64,000 bases of DNA from Octopus vulgaris (GCA_951406725.2 OX597828.1:47368001-47432000), one strand, 5' to 3'; shown: positions 27,848-42,820, counted from the stretch's first letter. Program-made: numbers and translations. Notes: generated from the sequence alone by a model not told the origin.

Positions 27848-29080
27848 TAATTACACTAACAAAAAAAAACAAATGGCGGAACAATTTTGTATGAATTGTT
27901 TTTTTTTTTTTATTTTATAATGTATTTGTGAATTAATTTCACTGGAGCGTACCGATAAAATAATTAGGTGACCTGATAATTCAACGTTCAACAAACGTCA
28001 TGTTTGTGTGTCTTTTCGTTTCTTTCTTTTTTTTTTTTTCATTAATTAATTTAAAATTTTAAGCATTATTGTTTACTAATTCCAGTTACTGGACTAATTC
28101 CAGTTACTAATTCCAGTGGAGGTACAACTCTTGTAATATGCGTTATATGCCATTAATTTCAACCCTTTACCAATTACATATTTCATTAACGAGTATTCAT
28201 TCATTGAAAGATTACCCATCCTCCCGTTAATATAAGATGAAAGGCAAACTGGACTTGCACGAGAATTGAGCACAACAAGAAAAGAAAAGACAACCTCCAA
28301 ACAGATTATTTTATTTACATTTTTGTTTACTCTGCGTATCAACCAATATTATATTTAAGAAAAAGAAAATTTTAGAATATTTAGTTTTTGTATTCTTGAA
28401 GTGAAATCGTGTGTTGAAACAGATTTCGATGTATCTTGGAAGGGTCTTTATGCTAAAATAAACACACGCAGTGATGGTACTTCACTTTTATTATCATTAT
28501 CATTACTATTATTACTGAATGAGAGAGCAGCACACGTCATCAAATTGACGCTGGAAATACAAACATACGAAACCCAATACACACAACATGACCACCCGTC
28601 TGATAAGGGTACATACATTTCAACCATATATGCGCGACATCGTGATCTCATATCCAGATAAACAGCGCATGATCTTGCAAGTGGGGCCCAGCTAGAACTT
28701 TCTTAGGGTCGAATAGCCTCTCCTGCTCAAAAGGTCCCCGAATAAGGAGTGTTTAATGACGATGAACGAAATACTCATGTTTCTAGGGAGGAATTTTTCA
28801 AATCTCAAAGAATTCCTCTCAACACATGGATACGATGCGCCCCTACTATTTCTGCTCATGATCAGAGAAGCACATCTACTTCAGAGAAGCGCCATCTACT
28901 AAGGGATACGCTCAACTGATTATGGTCAAGCAACTGATGAACAAATCTGTTGTACTGAGCAGACTATTTGCTGAAGCGCAACTTTTACACCAAGACAAAA
29001 CATATGCATATGTTAACACTTCGAATCAGTTAAGATGAGAAAACACGTGAGCCACTGCGTAGTATTGCATCAAGGTGTTT

Positions 29081-29169
<89 letters not shown>

Positions 29170-29200
29170 CATTATTATTAGTAGTAGTATTATTATTATT

Positions 29201-29490
29201 GTGGAAGCACGTGGCCTAGTGGTTAGAGCAGCGGACTCGCGGTCGAGGGATCGAGGGTTCGAATCTCAGACTGGGCGATGTGTGTGTTTATGAGCGAAAC
29301 ACCTAAGCCCCACGCGGCTCCGGCAGAAGGTAATGGCGAACTTCTGCTGACTCTTTCGCCACAACTTTCTCGTCTTGCAGCTCAGCTGCGACGAACCAGC
29401 GTCCCGTCCAATTGGGGAACCTATACACCAAGGAAACCGGGAAACCGACACTATGAGCGAGGCGTGGCTCGAGAAGGAACAAGAAGAGAA
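29201..29490 (+). mobile_element. SINE family-B head with a different 3' tail (type 4)
   Basis: gtggaagcacgtggcctagtggttagagcagcggactcgcggtc head, ...ggaaaccgggaaacc...gctcgagaaggaacaa tail. Inverted copy at about 46385-46630. Confidence 0.8.
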
Positions 29491-29539
29491 GATCATCATC
29501 ATCATCATCTCCTCCTCTTCCTCCTTAACTCAGGATAGA

Positions 29540-29835
29540 TCTTATTTCTGGTAGAGTTTATGTGCTTAACAGATTATTGCCTGTAATCTTAGATAATCAC
29601 ATGATTTCCATAAGCCATAAAGTGCTCAAAGCCCTTCTGATGTTGTTTCCTGTTCCTTAGAGGCAAACCTTCGGCAGAAGCCCTACAGGACATTACATTA
29701 CAGTCTCTATAATCCATTCCTTTAGTTCATCACTAAAAGTCCTTAATGCACCGGTTATGACAGGCACAGCTTTTACAGATTTCCAGTTACAAATCCTCGC
29801 CATCTCAAAATTTAAGTGTTTGTAGTTTTCCATAT
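29540..29835 (-). mobile_element. R4/Dong-like LINE 3' fragment
   Basis: Minus strand ENYKHLNFEMARICNWKSVKAVPVITGALRTFSDELKEWI...LLPKVCL*GTGNNIRRALS. Confidence 0.65.
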
Positions 29836-29846
29836 CATCATCGTCT

Positions 29847-30048
<202 letters not shown>

Positions 30049-30072
30049 CATCATCATCACCATCATCACCAC

Positions 30073-30143
<71 letters not shown>

Positions 30144-30855
30144 ACACCATCATTGTCACCATCACCGTCACCATCATCGCCATCATCATCAGCAGCAGCA
30201 GCAACAGCATCACCACCACCACTACGATCATCATCATCAGTAGCAGCAGCCTCTTCCTCACTACCAACACCATCATCATCATCATCATCATCACCACCAA
30301 TACCACCACCATTACCACCACCACCACCACGATCATCATCATCATTAGTAGCATCAACCTCTTCTTCCCTACCACCACCATGATCATGATCGTGGTAATC
30401 ATCATCATCATCATTATTCTAATCATCATCAATTAGTTAACCATTTAACCTATTGACTAATCGATTGTTTGATTAATTGTTTGGTCAATCACTCAATCAA
30501 TCAGCTAGGTTTATCGGAGTTTTGTCGTTGTCATTTCTCAACGAAAGATGTTTTCGAAGATATACTGAAAGGGAGAAATTTGAATCTATTGAAAGAGACG
30601 AAATGAAGAGAGGAATAAAAACAAAAGCAAGCCACTACTCCAGAAAGCTTATTCCTTATATGAAAATAAACAAAAGAGTATTTTTATGGTCACTTCTGGT
30701 TTGATGCTAGCTTGTCGAAAACAGTGGATTCAAAGGCGAGGTCCGAAAACAGTTACTCGACAAAAACTATTCATCGAAGTAGCATTTGCTCGAATCTAAA
30801 ATTAATCACATGATAGTAAATACTGAAAAATACACAAAACAGATTGACAGAAAAG

Positions 30856-30906
<51 letters not shown>

Positions 30907-30924
30907 GTCTTTTTTAAAATAATG

Positions 30925-31335
30925 ATTTCAAATTTTGGCACTAGGCCAGCAAGTTCGGTGGTTTCGGTAAATCGATTACATCGATCCCAGTGTTCAACTC
31001 GTACTTATTTCATTGACTTTGAAAGGGTGAAAGGTAAAGTCGACCTCAGTGAAATTTGAACTCAGAACATCAAGACAAGCATCTTGTCCAGCGTGCTAAT
31101 TATTCCGCCAGCTCACTGCCTTGAGCCTCATTAAAGTAATCCTTTCCCCTATGGTCACAAGGCCTGACATTTTGGGGTCGGAGGCTAGTCGATTACATCG
31201 ACCCCAGGCCTCAATTGGTACTTATTTTATCGAACTGGAAAGGATGAAAGGCAAATTCAACCCCGGCGGAATTTGATCTCAGAACTTTAAGATGGATGAA
31301 ATATTGCTAAGCATTTTGTCCCGTGTGGTAACTAT
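30925..31335 (-). mobile_element. Two degenerate family-C SINE copies
   Basis: Reverse complement of the family-C core (tcgattacatcgacccca...aaaggatgaaagg...gaatttgaactcagaac). Confidence 0.7.
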
Positions 31336-32288
31336 TCTACCAGCACACTGCCATAAGTCTGATAGAAATAAAATTTTTTTTTTTAAATTCATTGTATTTA
31401 TTTTTTTAAACCTTGCAGTCAGGAGGCAAGGTAGGGCCCATGACCCTTTACAACATTTCCAAGACTGGTGAAAGAGTGGAAGTATCCTCGGACTGGAAAT
31501 CATGTTCCAATTCTTTCAACAGAGTGGACACCGTTAAAAGAACCCAAAGTGTCGAGTGGTGGAGTTAAACCGATTGACGGATTAAGTCTAGCACCGGGGT
31601 AAGCCTTGACGAGATTTGAACTCGGAACGCAAACGACCAGAAGAAATACTATAAGACATCCGATCCGTCATTTTTATAGTTCCACTAATTTACCGCTCCG
31701 GCTTGGTACTTTTCACGACTCTGAAAAGATGAAAAGTAAACTTGACCACGGTGTGATTTTAACTCGGAGCGAAGAGTAGCAGAACAATAAATAAATGTCA
31801 GACTTACCATCGGACGCTCTAACAGTCTGGTATTCAGCACTGTAGGTTTCATATATCACAATTCTTTCGTCAGAGAATGAAGGAGTGTGAATAATAGAGC
31901 AAACATATTTTTATGCACGGTTCGGCCTGTTCTAGATCACTAAATGGTTGCCCTTAATTTTTTTTACTTTCGCAAACTTGCAGCTCTACCAGTGTAATTT
32001 AATATAGATTACATTATAATACGCTATAGAAATAAATATTCATTATTCTGGATTTGAGGACGATTTGGCTGCTATTTCTAGCAGCTCCATCGATCGTGAT
32101 TTCTTTATTGCAGGTTTGGCACTAACAATACACCCATAAAGCTTCCACATGAAGCGGCATTTCTGAGGTTATCGATCATCGATTTAAATAGAACCGAAGA
32201 AAAAGCTGCTTACAGGTCTAAGCTATATGTGAAATACAGTCACCCCATATCAAAGTAGTCGTCAAATATTTGAGTAATCCGGTAAATA

Positions 32289-32820
32289 TTGGGTTGTCCG
32301 GAAAGTTCGTGCCGATTTTTAAAGGAAAGAAAAATGGTCAATTAATACTTGCCATCACATTTTTAATCAACCATCTTTCCTTTAACTTGAAAATACTCTC
32401 TTCCCAGAATTGAGATGGTTTCATGGCAAAGAATTCATCAAGGTATCTTTTTACGTCATCCAAAGAATTGAAATGTTTACCATTAAGACTATTCTGCAGA
32501 GACTTGAATAAGCGGAAATCCGAAGGAGCAATATCTGGTGAATATGGAGGGTGAGGTAACACATCCCAGCCGAACTGCAGCAATTTTGTCTGGATCCCAA
32601 AGCACCAAGTGCCGAAAATGAACTTTCTTATCTTCCATTTTAAAGGGTTACAGAATTAACACAGGTTATAGGAACATAAACCTTCTTCCACGAAAAGATA
32701 TCTTAAACCGTGCTCTAAATGGAGATGTAGTCAAATCCTATTTCATGGACTCAACCATGTTCTAAAATAAGTCGAAATGTAAGCTACTATAAATCGGCAC
32801 AAACTTTCCGGACAACCTAA
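32289..32820 (-). mobile_element. Internally deleted mariner element with intact TIRs
   Basis: TIRs ttgggttgtccggaaagttcgtgccgattt / aaatcggcacaaactttccggacaacctaa, TA TSDs. Minus strand WDVLPHPPYSPDIAPSDFRLFKSLQNSLNGKHF (mariner YSPDLAP motif). Confidence 0.92.
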
Positions 32821-33820
32821 TACTTATGATTTATGGACGGGTTACAAGAACAGAACATAGGAAGTAGCATGATTTATAAATACTTAAAAGGGTCAGTTTT
32901 TTTTACTTTATCCTGCTGGATAAGATTACTATGAAAATCACGGGCCCTTGCTAATTGGCCCACTTCAAGTTCTCCTCTCTGTGTGGGCATGTTTAGCATA
33001 TCGACTTTGAGGAATAAGAAACAAAGTCCACTCTAGCAAGGTTTGGATTTGGTTTGTAAAAGGATATAATTAAAAGCCTTCTTCCTATACTGAGGTTTTT
33101 ATTTAAACCGTTTCACACTCCCTGAAATCGACCAGTCTGTGTCAATAATAAATGTTATCATGGAATCTCGAGCAGCTACAAACGATCATTGGAAAATTCC
33201 TCCGTGAGTTGTTATTGTTGTTGTTATTGTTGTTATTGTTGTTATTATTGTTATTATTGTCGTGACAACTCTTCCATCTTTTCTGTTTTCGGGCACATTT
33301 TTCAATGTGTCCTTCCGTTTCTTTTTTTTTTTAAACAATTGGCAGTGGTTGAAGAAATACGGCTACTATTTCTATGAGGTTGAACGACCATGTAGAGAGC
33401 TTTTACTGACTCGTCCTCATTCAGTGTTCGAGTCAGCGAGAACGAATTTTGAGATAGCGGGCCTCATGAACCCAAAACTTTTTAAGATGTCCTCTGTTGT
33501 GACTCAGAGAAAAATCACGTTTTTGTATAAATAGGAAATAGCAGATATTTTAAAATAAGGTTACAATAGTTTGAGTGAGGCTGTTGGTAATCTTTCTTAA
33601 TAGAAAGATTAATAAAACAGTTGCAGTTGGTATTTCTTAAAAGCAAAACTAATAATGACTATGTAATGTGCAGCTAGTCTTTCTTGGGGTTATTGTTGAA
33701 TGTTTAGCGTTGAAGTTAGCTACCTGTAATAGCAAGAATGGTAGGGACTGTTTAGCGGTAAAAACTAGTCTTTTTTTAATTGTAAGAGTTTCTGTAGTGC
33801 TGCTGCTGCTGCTGCTGCTG

Positions 33821-34363
33821 CTTCTGCTTCTTCTTCTTCTGCTTCTTCTTCTTCTTCTTCTTCTTCTTCTTCTTCTTCTTCTTCTTCTTCTTCCGACCAG
33901 GACTCACGCCATTAGCCACACAGAATAATCTATAATTCGAGCTTACTCTAAAGCTACTAAGAATGCGTTTGGCAACTTGAAGATCCACCCACCACCCGCG
34001 ATAGACTGGCGGTTGCACGGGCGCGAAAGCTACGTTGTTATCCTCATTCCGTAAACGGTGGCTTTTAACCAGTGGAGAGCTGAACCATCCTGATGTACAG
34101 AAGATTCGCAATCTCGACTAGGGCCTGAAAGTTTACCACACCATAGTGGGTTACACGATGGTTCCTCCGCTTTGTGGCAGAGGTAGGAAGAAAAGTTGTT
34201 GTGAAAGAGTACAGCAGGGTTCACCACCCCACCCTGCCGGAGCCTCGTGGAGCTTAGGTGTTTTTGCTCAAAAAAAAAATTTAAATGTTCGGTCTGGGAA
34301 TCGAAACGGCGTTGTTGCGACCGCGAGTCCACTGCCCTAACCACTGAGCCATTGCGCCTCCAC
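33821..34363 (-). mobile_element. SINE family-B head with tail type 2 ending in (GAA)n
   Basis: Family-B head at 34363. Distinct ~300-bp tail. Flanking direct repeat agtgctgctgctg. Confidence 0.8.
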
Positions 34364-34893
34364 AGTGCTGCTGCTGGTTTGCATTCTTGGTTAGGTTATT
34401 TGGTTAGTTTAATGTAGCAGATTATATTAATTGATAGTAGAAATGATATAACTGGAGCACTTTTGAGCAATACAGATGAGCAGTTAATTAAAACTTGCTT
34501 GGTGATGTAAATGAACGGAAACAAAGTTAAATATTTTTGTCTTAACTTCTATGAATTAAATGCGCGTGTAATATTTCGGGATAAATCCTCTTTTCAAGGA
34601 TAAATAATCAAATAGTCCGAAGAAATTTGTTATATTTGTTGTATTTGAAAAGAGGCTTCATCCCGAAATAGTAGAGCAGTGTTAACCTATGTAAGGTAAT
34701 ACAATGTCTTCATATAATGGTTTTTATTTTATTGATATAATTTTGCACGTCCTAATTATTCGTTAACCACATTGCTCAAAGCTTTTACGAATAATTATTT
34801 CATCTTTATATACTGCATGCTTCGAGTTATTTCCAATACATTTTTTTTTCTAATTAAGATTAAGATAGACTGAACAGTGTAATTTATAAATAA

Positions 34894-35278
34894 CTAGCAG
34901 TATCGCCCGGCGTTGCTCAGGTTTGTAAGGGAAATAACTATAAAGCATTTTTAGAGAGTTATAGCAAAAAAATAGCAAAAAAATGGAAAAAAAATGATGG
35001 TAAATTTTTTTTGAGAGTTAAAAAAGGTCGAGTTGCGTCCCCTAGACAGTCTGTGGTTTGTGTTTCTGATTCTCGACCCCATGTCGAATTTATCGATTTT
35101 TTTCAGAACTGGGGGAACTTTTCAAAATTTTCGCTGCGTTAGTTTTGAATTATGACATTGGGCTATATGTGTGTCAAGTTTCATCAGAATTGGTTGAAAG
35201 CCGTCGTCAGGGTGAGGGTACAACCAAACAGACACACAGAAACACACACAGACAAACTGCCGTTTATATATAGAGAGA
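34894..35278 (-). mobile_element. Non-autonomous Helitron
   Basis: Minus strand a|tctctctatatataaacggcag ... cctgagcaacgccgggcgatactgCTAG|t. Same termini as 7554-7926. Confidence 0.8.
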
Positions 35279-35537
35279 TGTAAATTACTAACTAGGTAGC
35301 CAGGGAATAGGCTGTGCTGTCGCTAATCTTCCTTCGTTCAGATTTCGTAGCCTGTAGATGTCAAGTTTGGATTTCTTTCTTCCAAAATAGATTTTTAATT
35401 CGTTTCATTAAAGTTACAGAAGAACTATTAAATTTTCTAAGTTGTTAGTTTTATAGAATGGCAAAACTTAGACGAACATTTTATTGCGAGATATTGTAGG
35501 GATCCTGGGTTTACGTTGCTGACATCTATAATATTAT

Positions 35538-35834
35538 CACGTGACCGACCATCCCATTAGATGTAGTTACACATCGCTGGTCACAATGCGTTCGCATTGT
35601 TTTAGCCTTCGAATGACGCCACCTCGATGGCTAAGCGAGCAGGCCAACAGAAGAAAGAGTGGGAGAAAGAGTGGTGAAAGAGTACAGCAGGGATCACCAC
35701 CCCCTGCCGGAGCCTCGTGGAGCTTTTAGGTGTTTTCACTCAATAAACACTCACAACGCCCGGTCTGGGAATCGAAACAGCGATCCTGCGACCGCGAGTC
35801 CGCTGCCCTAACCACTAGGCCATTGCGCCTCCAC
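35538..35834 (-). mobile_element. SINE family-B head with tail type 3 and a 12-bp TSD
   Basis: TSD ctataatattat at 35526-35537 and 35835-35846. Confidence 0.85.
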
Positions 35835-36328
35835 CTATAATATTATAAAGCTTCTTATTAATAAGGTATGTAACAGTTACTAAAAGAAAGCAATTATTAA
35901 AGGTTTGACTGTCTGGAAATTTTTTTTATAAATTCATGTTCCAAGAAATTTCCTGTAATTTCGATTTCTGAAGTTTATTGAATATTTGAACTAGAGGTTT
36001 TTCTCTAGTTTAAATATTTGTTGCATTCACTGCGGAGTAGAGTTCATAAACAATATTAACTCGTTGCAGCGAAATTTTCAGATTTCATTTGCAACAGTCA
36101 CTCTCTCTCTCTCACTCTCTCTCACTCTCTCTCACCTCTCTTTTTAGTAATGATGATTTAATATATATTCATTTCAATGTTTTCATTTCAAGTTTTAATT
36201 CGCTATTTCCAAAATCCACAGTTTATTCTACATACGTAATGTAAAAAAAAAAAATTTATTGAATGAATGAATGCTATCAGACAAAATAGCTGTATAAATT
36301 TGAGGCTTCCATGATATAGGATACAGGC

Positions 36329-36711
36329 GTGGAGACGCAGTGGCCCAGTGGTTAGGGCAGCGGATTCGCGGTCATAGGATCGCGGTTTCGATTCCCAGAC
36401 CGGGCGTTGTGAGTGTTTATTGAGCGAAAACACCTAAAAAAAGCTCCACGAGGCTCCGGCAGGGGATAGGGGTGATCCCTGCTGTACTCTTTCACCACAA
36501 CTTTCTCTTACTTCCTGTTTTTGTTGTACCTGTATTTCAAGGGGCCGGCCTTGTCACTCTCTGTGTCACGCTGAATATCCCCGAGAACTACGTTAAGGGT
36601 GCACGTGTCTGTGGAGTGCTCAGCCACTTACACGTTAATTTCACGAGCAGGCTGTTCCGCTGATTCGGATCAACCGGAACCCTCATCGTCGTAACCGACG
36701 GAGTGCTTCCA
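36329..36711 (+). mobile_element. SINE family B, tail type 1
   Basis: Near-identical to 12113-12506. Confidence 0.9.
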
Positions 36712-37273
36712 TCCAAAGCATACAGGTATAATTTTTTTTTTTTAATTAAGAAGTGTCGTTGTTGGTAAGGCTGTTTGAAACGGTATAAGCCTTACAATAA
36801 TGACTATGTGATCGCTGCTATTTCTAGCAATCTAAACGTACTACGGTGACATTAAAGTTTCTTTACACTACAGATATATTACAACTAGGATAAATTACTA
36901 AAAGAAATATTTACCTAGCAAGTAAAATTTTATTTAAGTTGAAGTTTTCAGGAAAATTTAACTTTCTAAATTTCATTTCCGTAAAAATGTTTTATTTATT
37001 ACTTTATTTGCACGCCATCTTCAGCTCTATGCATTTGTAGTCAGTCAAACGTACATACAAAACACACGTATACGTGTGTTCTGTATGTACGTTTGTATAC
37101 ATTTATGTATGTGTGCATGTTTGTGTGTGTGTGTGTGAGAGAGAGAAAGAGTGAGTGAGAGAAGGGATGTTTAAGCAAAGAATGCCAAACTACTTTGTAC
37201 TAAATATTTAAATTATTACGTTTAAATATTTGTTGTGCAAGATTTTTTATGTGAAGTCGTGTGTTGAAACAGA

Positions 37274-37458
37274 TATTGTTATATTTCGGAATGGTCATTT
37301 TGCCAATTTAGCCAATAAAACGAAAGAACTCTTGCCGAAATAAGATTAAGATTAATGTAAAAAATAAATAACACTGAAGCAAAATAACACCAAATATATA
37401 GTGCATGTGTTTTTATTGGCTAAACTGGCAAAATGACCATTCCGAAATATAACAATAT
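37274..37458. repeat. Inverted repeat with ~49-bp arms
   Basis: atattgttatatttcggaatggtcattttgccaatttagccaataaaac vs gtttttattggctaaactggcaaaatgaccattccgaaatataacaatat. Confidence 0.85.
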
Positions 37459-37873
37459 TTAAATTGTTGTACTTGAAATATTCAATAATGAAATGAAATT
37501 TAGAAAGTTAAGTTAAATCCTTAAAATTAATAGGTTTAAAGAAACAGAATTCATAGCTAATGCTAAACAATCGGATTAAAAGTGCAAGAGAACCATAAAA
37601 CCATAAAAAAAACAGACCGTTTGGTTCGTTCAGCTTTATAGTATTGATTTAAATATTTCATGAAATATGACGAAGCATTTTTGTAGAAACATTTTCTTGC
37701 CAGTTAGAAATACAATGAGATCCTAAAAGTAATAATGTAAACGTTATATACATCAGGATGCGAAACCAAAAGAACTATACCATGAAGGCTATTCACAACT
37801 AAAATGCCAGTGATCCACAACCCACATCAGGAAGCAAATATAACTACAAATAATCGATATCATACCCGTTTAG

Positions 37874-38099
37874 GCGAGCTGCAAGAAACGTTAGCACGCC
37901 GGGCGAAATGCGTAGCCGTATTTCGTCTGCCGTTACGTTCTGAGTTCAAATTCCGCCGAGGTCGACTTTGCCTTTCATCCTTTCGGGGTCGATAAATTAA
38001 GTACCAGTTACGCACTGGGGTCGATGTAATCGACTTAATCTGTTTTCTGTCCTTGTTTCTTCTCTCTGTGTTTAGCCCCTTGTGGGTAGTAAAGAAATA
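37874..38099 (+). mobile_element. Young full-length family-C SINE with an 18-bp TSD
   Basis: TSD gatatcatacccgtttag at 37856-37873 and 38100-38117. Confidence 0.9.
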
Positions 38100-38417
38100 G
38101 ATATCATACCCGTTTAGCGGTAATTTTTGGGAAAAGGTAACAAAACTTCAGAAGGGGAGTATTAATGAAACTACAACGAGAATGACGTTCAAAGCAGGTT
38201 ATATGCAACACGTAGATTATTTCCATAAATATACGGAAGGAAAGCAAACGTCTTTCAGAGTGGATATTTTGAATCTAACGGAGAAAAATATAGACATAAC
38301 TATAAGCTGAGAAAAAATATATATATAAATGGCGGGAAGTACGAACTATTAGTCCCGGAAAATGCACGATCACAACACAGAAAATATGTCTGCTCCTTAG
38401 AAGAAAGGAACATTATA

Positions 38418-38589
38418 GGCGCAGGAGTGGCTGTGTGGTAAGTAGCTTGCTAACCAGCCACATGGTTCCTGGTTCAGTCCCACTGCGTGGAACCTTGGGC
38501 AAGTGTCTTCTGCTATAGCCCCGGTCCGACCAATGCCTTGTAAGTGGATTTGGTAGACGGAAACTGAAAAGAAGCCTGTTGTATATATG

Positions 38590-38620
<31 letters not shown>

Positions 38621-38822
38621 TTGTGTGTCTGTGTTTGTTCCCCTAGCATTGCTTGACAACCGTCACTTAGCGGTTCAGCAAAAAGAGACCGACAGAATAA
38701 GTACTGGGCTTACAAAAAGAATAAGTCCCGGGGTCGAGTTGCTCGTCTAAAAAAGGCGGTGCTCCAGCATGGCCGCAGTCAAATGACTGAAACAAGTAAA
38801 AGAGTAAAAGAGAGTAAAGAGT
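38418..38822 (+). mobile_element. SINE family A
   Basis: Same head, body and (gtaaaaga)n tail as the other family-A copies. Confidence 0.9.
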
Positions 38823-39339
38823 ATTGTAAGTAAAACAGTTTACATCAAAAATTGGTCCCAGTTGTAGAGTAGAAATCGAGGATTTGTCTGAGGCAGCATG
38901 ACAGTATTATAATGTTTACCAATATGGACTATAGCTTCGCATCAGGATAGAACTAATCACTAACCACATTGACCGGGTATACGCAACGATGAGAACGGCT
39001 CAACCAATACAATAAGACTGACCATTAAGTATTACAGGTAACCCACAATGAAAGCTTCATGTTTGCTTGAGGGTACAAAGCATGTTATAAAAACCTACAT
39101 AGACACGTGTCTTCACGGCAAATAACTCATAAATACTGGAATCAAAATATGAAAGGGTTCAAATATAGACACCCCCATTAATTAAATAAACTAACTATAT
39201 AATTAATATATATGTTGTATCTATAGATTTAATATATTACTCAATATAGTTGTACTAGCATTGTGAATATTAATTAATTTTAAGGTTTTAGTATTAATTG
39301 CTTAATTGGTATTAGACTGTTAAGAGATTCACCAGAAGT

Positions 39340-40090
39340 ATGAAGTAGAAGTGTAAAAGTCCGCTTAGTCCCTCCCTCGCTGGGTTCCACCAACTTTAGC
39401 CTTGAGTTCCTCATAACGACTCCAACAGAGTGCTTTCCAGTTTGGACTAAGGACTTTATATGTTAGAAAAAGTTATAGCTCTTTCGTATAGAGTTCCTCC
39501 TGTGCTGTCCAGTTGAAAATTCGGCAGTCCGTTGATAATCATTAGTATTTCATATGTCACTGATCTTCAGGAATTTATCTGATAGTCCTATGATCATAGT
39601 CAATACAAACTAGCATCCTAACTTGAATGCACGCTTCTTCTTTTGGTATCTTGTTATACTAGGCGTAGTATTTGCTATTCGCTAAGCAGTAACCTCTACG
39701 ATGGCCTCTACTTACGTTAATAGCTGCTCCTTGCGCCAATCTCCGCACCAATCCGAGCGTAGACCTATAACCAGAGAACTGCTGCTTTCCATGTTGTATC
39801 ATCATGATGAGACAATGATGGAGGGTCTCCTCCAGGGTGCAAGCTGGGTAGGGTTAATATAGGAGACCATGAGTTGCCCATACAGTAGGTTTCCCCAGTC
39901 CACGACGCTGATGTAGTTTAAAGGAAAGGGCAAAGGCCATAACAGTTTGGCACCAGTCTTTTGGCAAAAGTTGACAAAACATTATTGTAAAAAATCTCTG
40001 GGCTGGCTTGAAAAATTTAGCTCGGATTTTTCATTAGGGTTCACTCTCAAAGTCTTACCCCTGTGTCAGGTATTGCTGTAAGGCAGCAGA
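39340..40090 (-). mobile_element. Highly degraded RTE (BovB-like) LINE 5' region (5' UTR and AP-endonuclease N-terminus)
   Basis: Minus strand KRAFKLGC*FVLTMIIGLSDKFLKISDI and GGTLYE..KHSVGVVMRNS resemble the RTE APE N-terminus. 39850-39960 resembles the repeat at 54600-54700. Confidence 0.5.
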
Positions 40091-40898
40091 GGTTTGAAGC
40101 CAGACCTTTTCCCTCTTTTAAAAGAAATATCTTCCCAGGCTGATGAGCTGCAGCTACCCGAAACACTGATTTTTAGGCGCCAGCGCCCGTATTCACCCCT
40201 TCCATTGACAGTAGAAACAGTTTCGCCGGACTTAGAGGTTAGGCCTCTACTGCTTCCGCAACCTCGACCACGACCACCACAGCCGCCGCCACTTCCGTCA
40301 CCACAATGTCACTGTCCGATATATGCAACATGTGACGTACAGTCTATATTAATTAAATACAACAAACACATACTCACTGACATCCAGCACCACAAAATTA
40401 CGTCTTTATTTACTCACAACCTTTCCTGTCCTCGCACAACCTTTCCTCTTCCCGTCCATTTCTGGTTTTCTTTTACATTTTGTTTTCCCATTCCTCTCTT
40501 TCTTGTTTTTTTTCCTTCTTTCCTTTTCTTCCTACCGTCCTTCCATCCTTCTCACATCAATCGAGGGATCATAATTCTTAACAAAAAAAAAAAAAACAAC
40601 AAAGAAACAAACAAATAAAAAAGAGGTAAAAAAAAAAGTGGCGGGGGTGGGAATATACACGAAATTCAAATAACGAAATCGTAATCAGAGCATGAAATAA
40701 GAAGCTTCAGCATTTAATAACTACTTGGTCTAAAATATAAACACGCATGCGCACGCGCACAGACACAATCACACACACACACACACACACACATACATTC
40801 AAACACACACTCAAGCAAACAAACTAGTAGTGTGTATGCATATTCATATATATCTAAAATTTATATAAATATATATATGTGTGTATACATATATATAT

Positions 40899-40961
<63 letters not shown>

Positions 40962-41114
40962 AATGTATGTATAATATAATATGTGTATGTATATAATTCA
41001 TATTTACGTCCTAGATATATGTCTACATGTACATACATACATACACGCAATGTCTGCCATATTCTGTTCTTTATAATCGCACACTCTCTTTCTTTCTCTC
41101 TATTTCTCTCTCCC

Positions 41115-41153
<39 letters not shown>

Positions 41154-41249
41154 CCACACACACACACAACCGTTCGTTCATTTATTCATATCTTCAACTT
41201 GGTAACTGAAAAATGTGTTTCCTTTATAGATAGGCACACGCACTCACTC

Positions 41250-41280
<31 letters not shown>

Positions 41281-41939
41281 TGTATGTATGTATGTACGTA
41301 CGTATGCATGTATGTATGTGTGTATGTATGTATGTATTTATGTATGTATGTATGTATGTATGTACGTACGTATGTATGTATGTATATGCATGTATGTATG
41401 TATGTATGTATGTATGTATGTATATTAATAGGCAAAGACAGTATGGCTTAGTGGTGAGGTTATTCGGATCATAAGGACGAGAGTTTGATTTTCGGCGGCT
41501 CGGTCTGTCCTTGAGAAATGCAAAATCGTGAGGTTGTGAGTTCGTTTCCCGGACCAGGATGTACGTTGTGTTGTTGAGCAAGACAGCTTATATCACACTG
41601 TTCCAACTCAGTGAGCTGGCAAAAATGGCGCTGTACCTGTAATTCAAAGAACCTGCCTTGTCAGATTCTGTGTCAACTAAATCTCCTTGATATCTAAGTT
41701 AAGGGTACAGCAAAATGGGATCTCAATCCACCAGAGATTTTGTTAATACCAAGAAATGCGGTTGAAAGATATTCATGACTGGGAGACGAAGGAAGTGTGC
41801 ATAATTTTGCGTGCATATTTCTATAGCAATTAAATATGTAGAGGCAAATCTAGTTTGACGTTAGGGTCAGACATAGCCTTTGCACAGGTTGACCAACGCA
41901 AAATTAAGATATACATGAGTATTCTTGTTTATAATTATG

Positions 41940-42055
<116 letters not shown>

Positions 42056-42230
42056 GGATAGGCAGACAGACAGACAGGCAGGCAGGTAGTTAGGTAGGTA
42101 GATAGAAAGACGTACATTCATATACATTTGGAGAAATTCCCTATATGAACGCATCTACGTACGTATAATTTTATATATATATAGATAGATATAGATATAT
42201 ATAGATAGATAGATAGATACATACATACAT

Positions 42231-42284
<54 letters not shown>

Positions 42285-42399
42285 GTGTGTGTGTGTATGT
42301 ATGTATGTATCTATATATGTATTTATGTACGTATGTATATATGTATGTATGTTTGTATGTATGTATTTATAGATAGATACATATATTATACTTATATAT

Positions 42400-42542
42400 G
42401 TGGTAAGAAGCTTCCTTTAAAACCAAATGGTTCTGGGTTCAGTCACACTGCGTGACACCTTGGGCAACTGTTTTCTAATAGGGTCTCGGGCCAACCAAGG
42501 CCTTGTGAGTGGATTTGGTAGACGGAAACTGAAAGAAGACCG

Positions 42543-42580
<38 letters not shown>

Positions 42581-42812
42581 GTGTGTGTTGTGTCATTGTA
42601 TCTATGTTTGTCCCCCACCATCACACTGTGGACGGATGTGTATGTGTGTTTACGTCCCCGAAAACTAGCGGTTCGGTTAATAGGACCGTTAGAATAAGTA
42701 CTAGTCTTACAAAGAATAAGTTCTTGGTTCGATTTCTTCGACTAAAACCTTTTAAGGTAGTGCTCCAGTATGGCCGCAGTCAAATGATTAAAACAAGTAA
42801 AAGACTTAAAGA
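42400..42812 (+). mobile_element. SINE family A, older copy (another at about 44969-45432)
   Basis: tgtggtaagaagc...gggttcagtc...ggatttggtagacggaaactgaaagaag core. Confidence 0.8.
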
Positions 42813-42820
42813 ATATATAC

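Noticed and set aside
28075-28120. Short direct repeats ctaattccagt x3
   Set aside because: A tiny local tandem duplication. There is no spacer architecture or cas gene, so it is not CRISPR-like.
40135-40180. CTGATGAG...CGAAAC hammerhead-like words
   Set aside because: No supportable stem I, II or III pairing.
40094-40618. Pro-rich 174-aa ORF
   Set aside because: Non-ATG start, low complexity and no recognisable domain.
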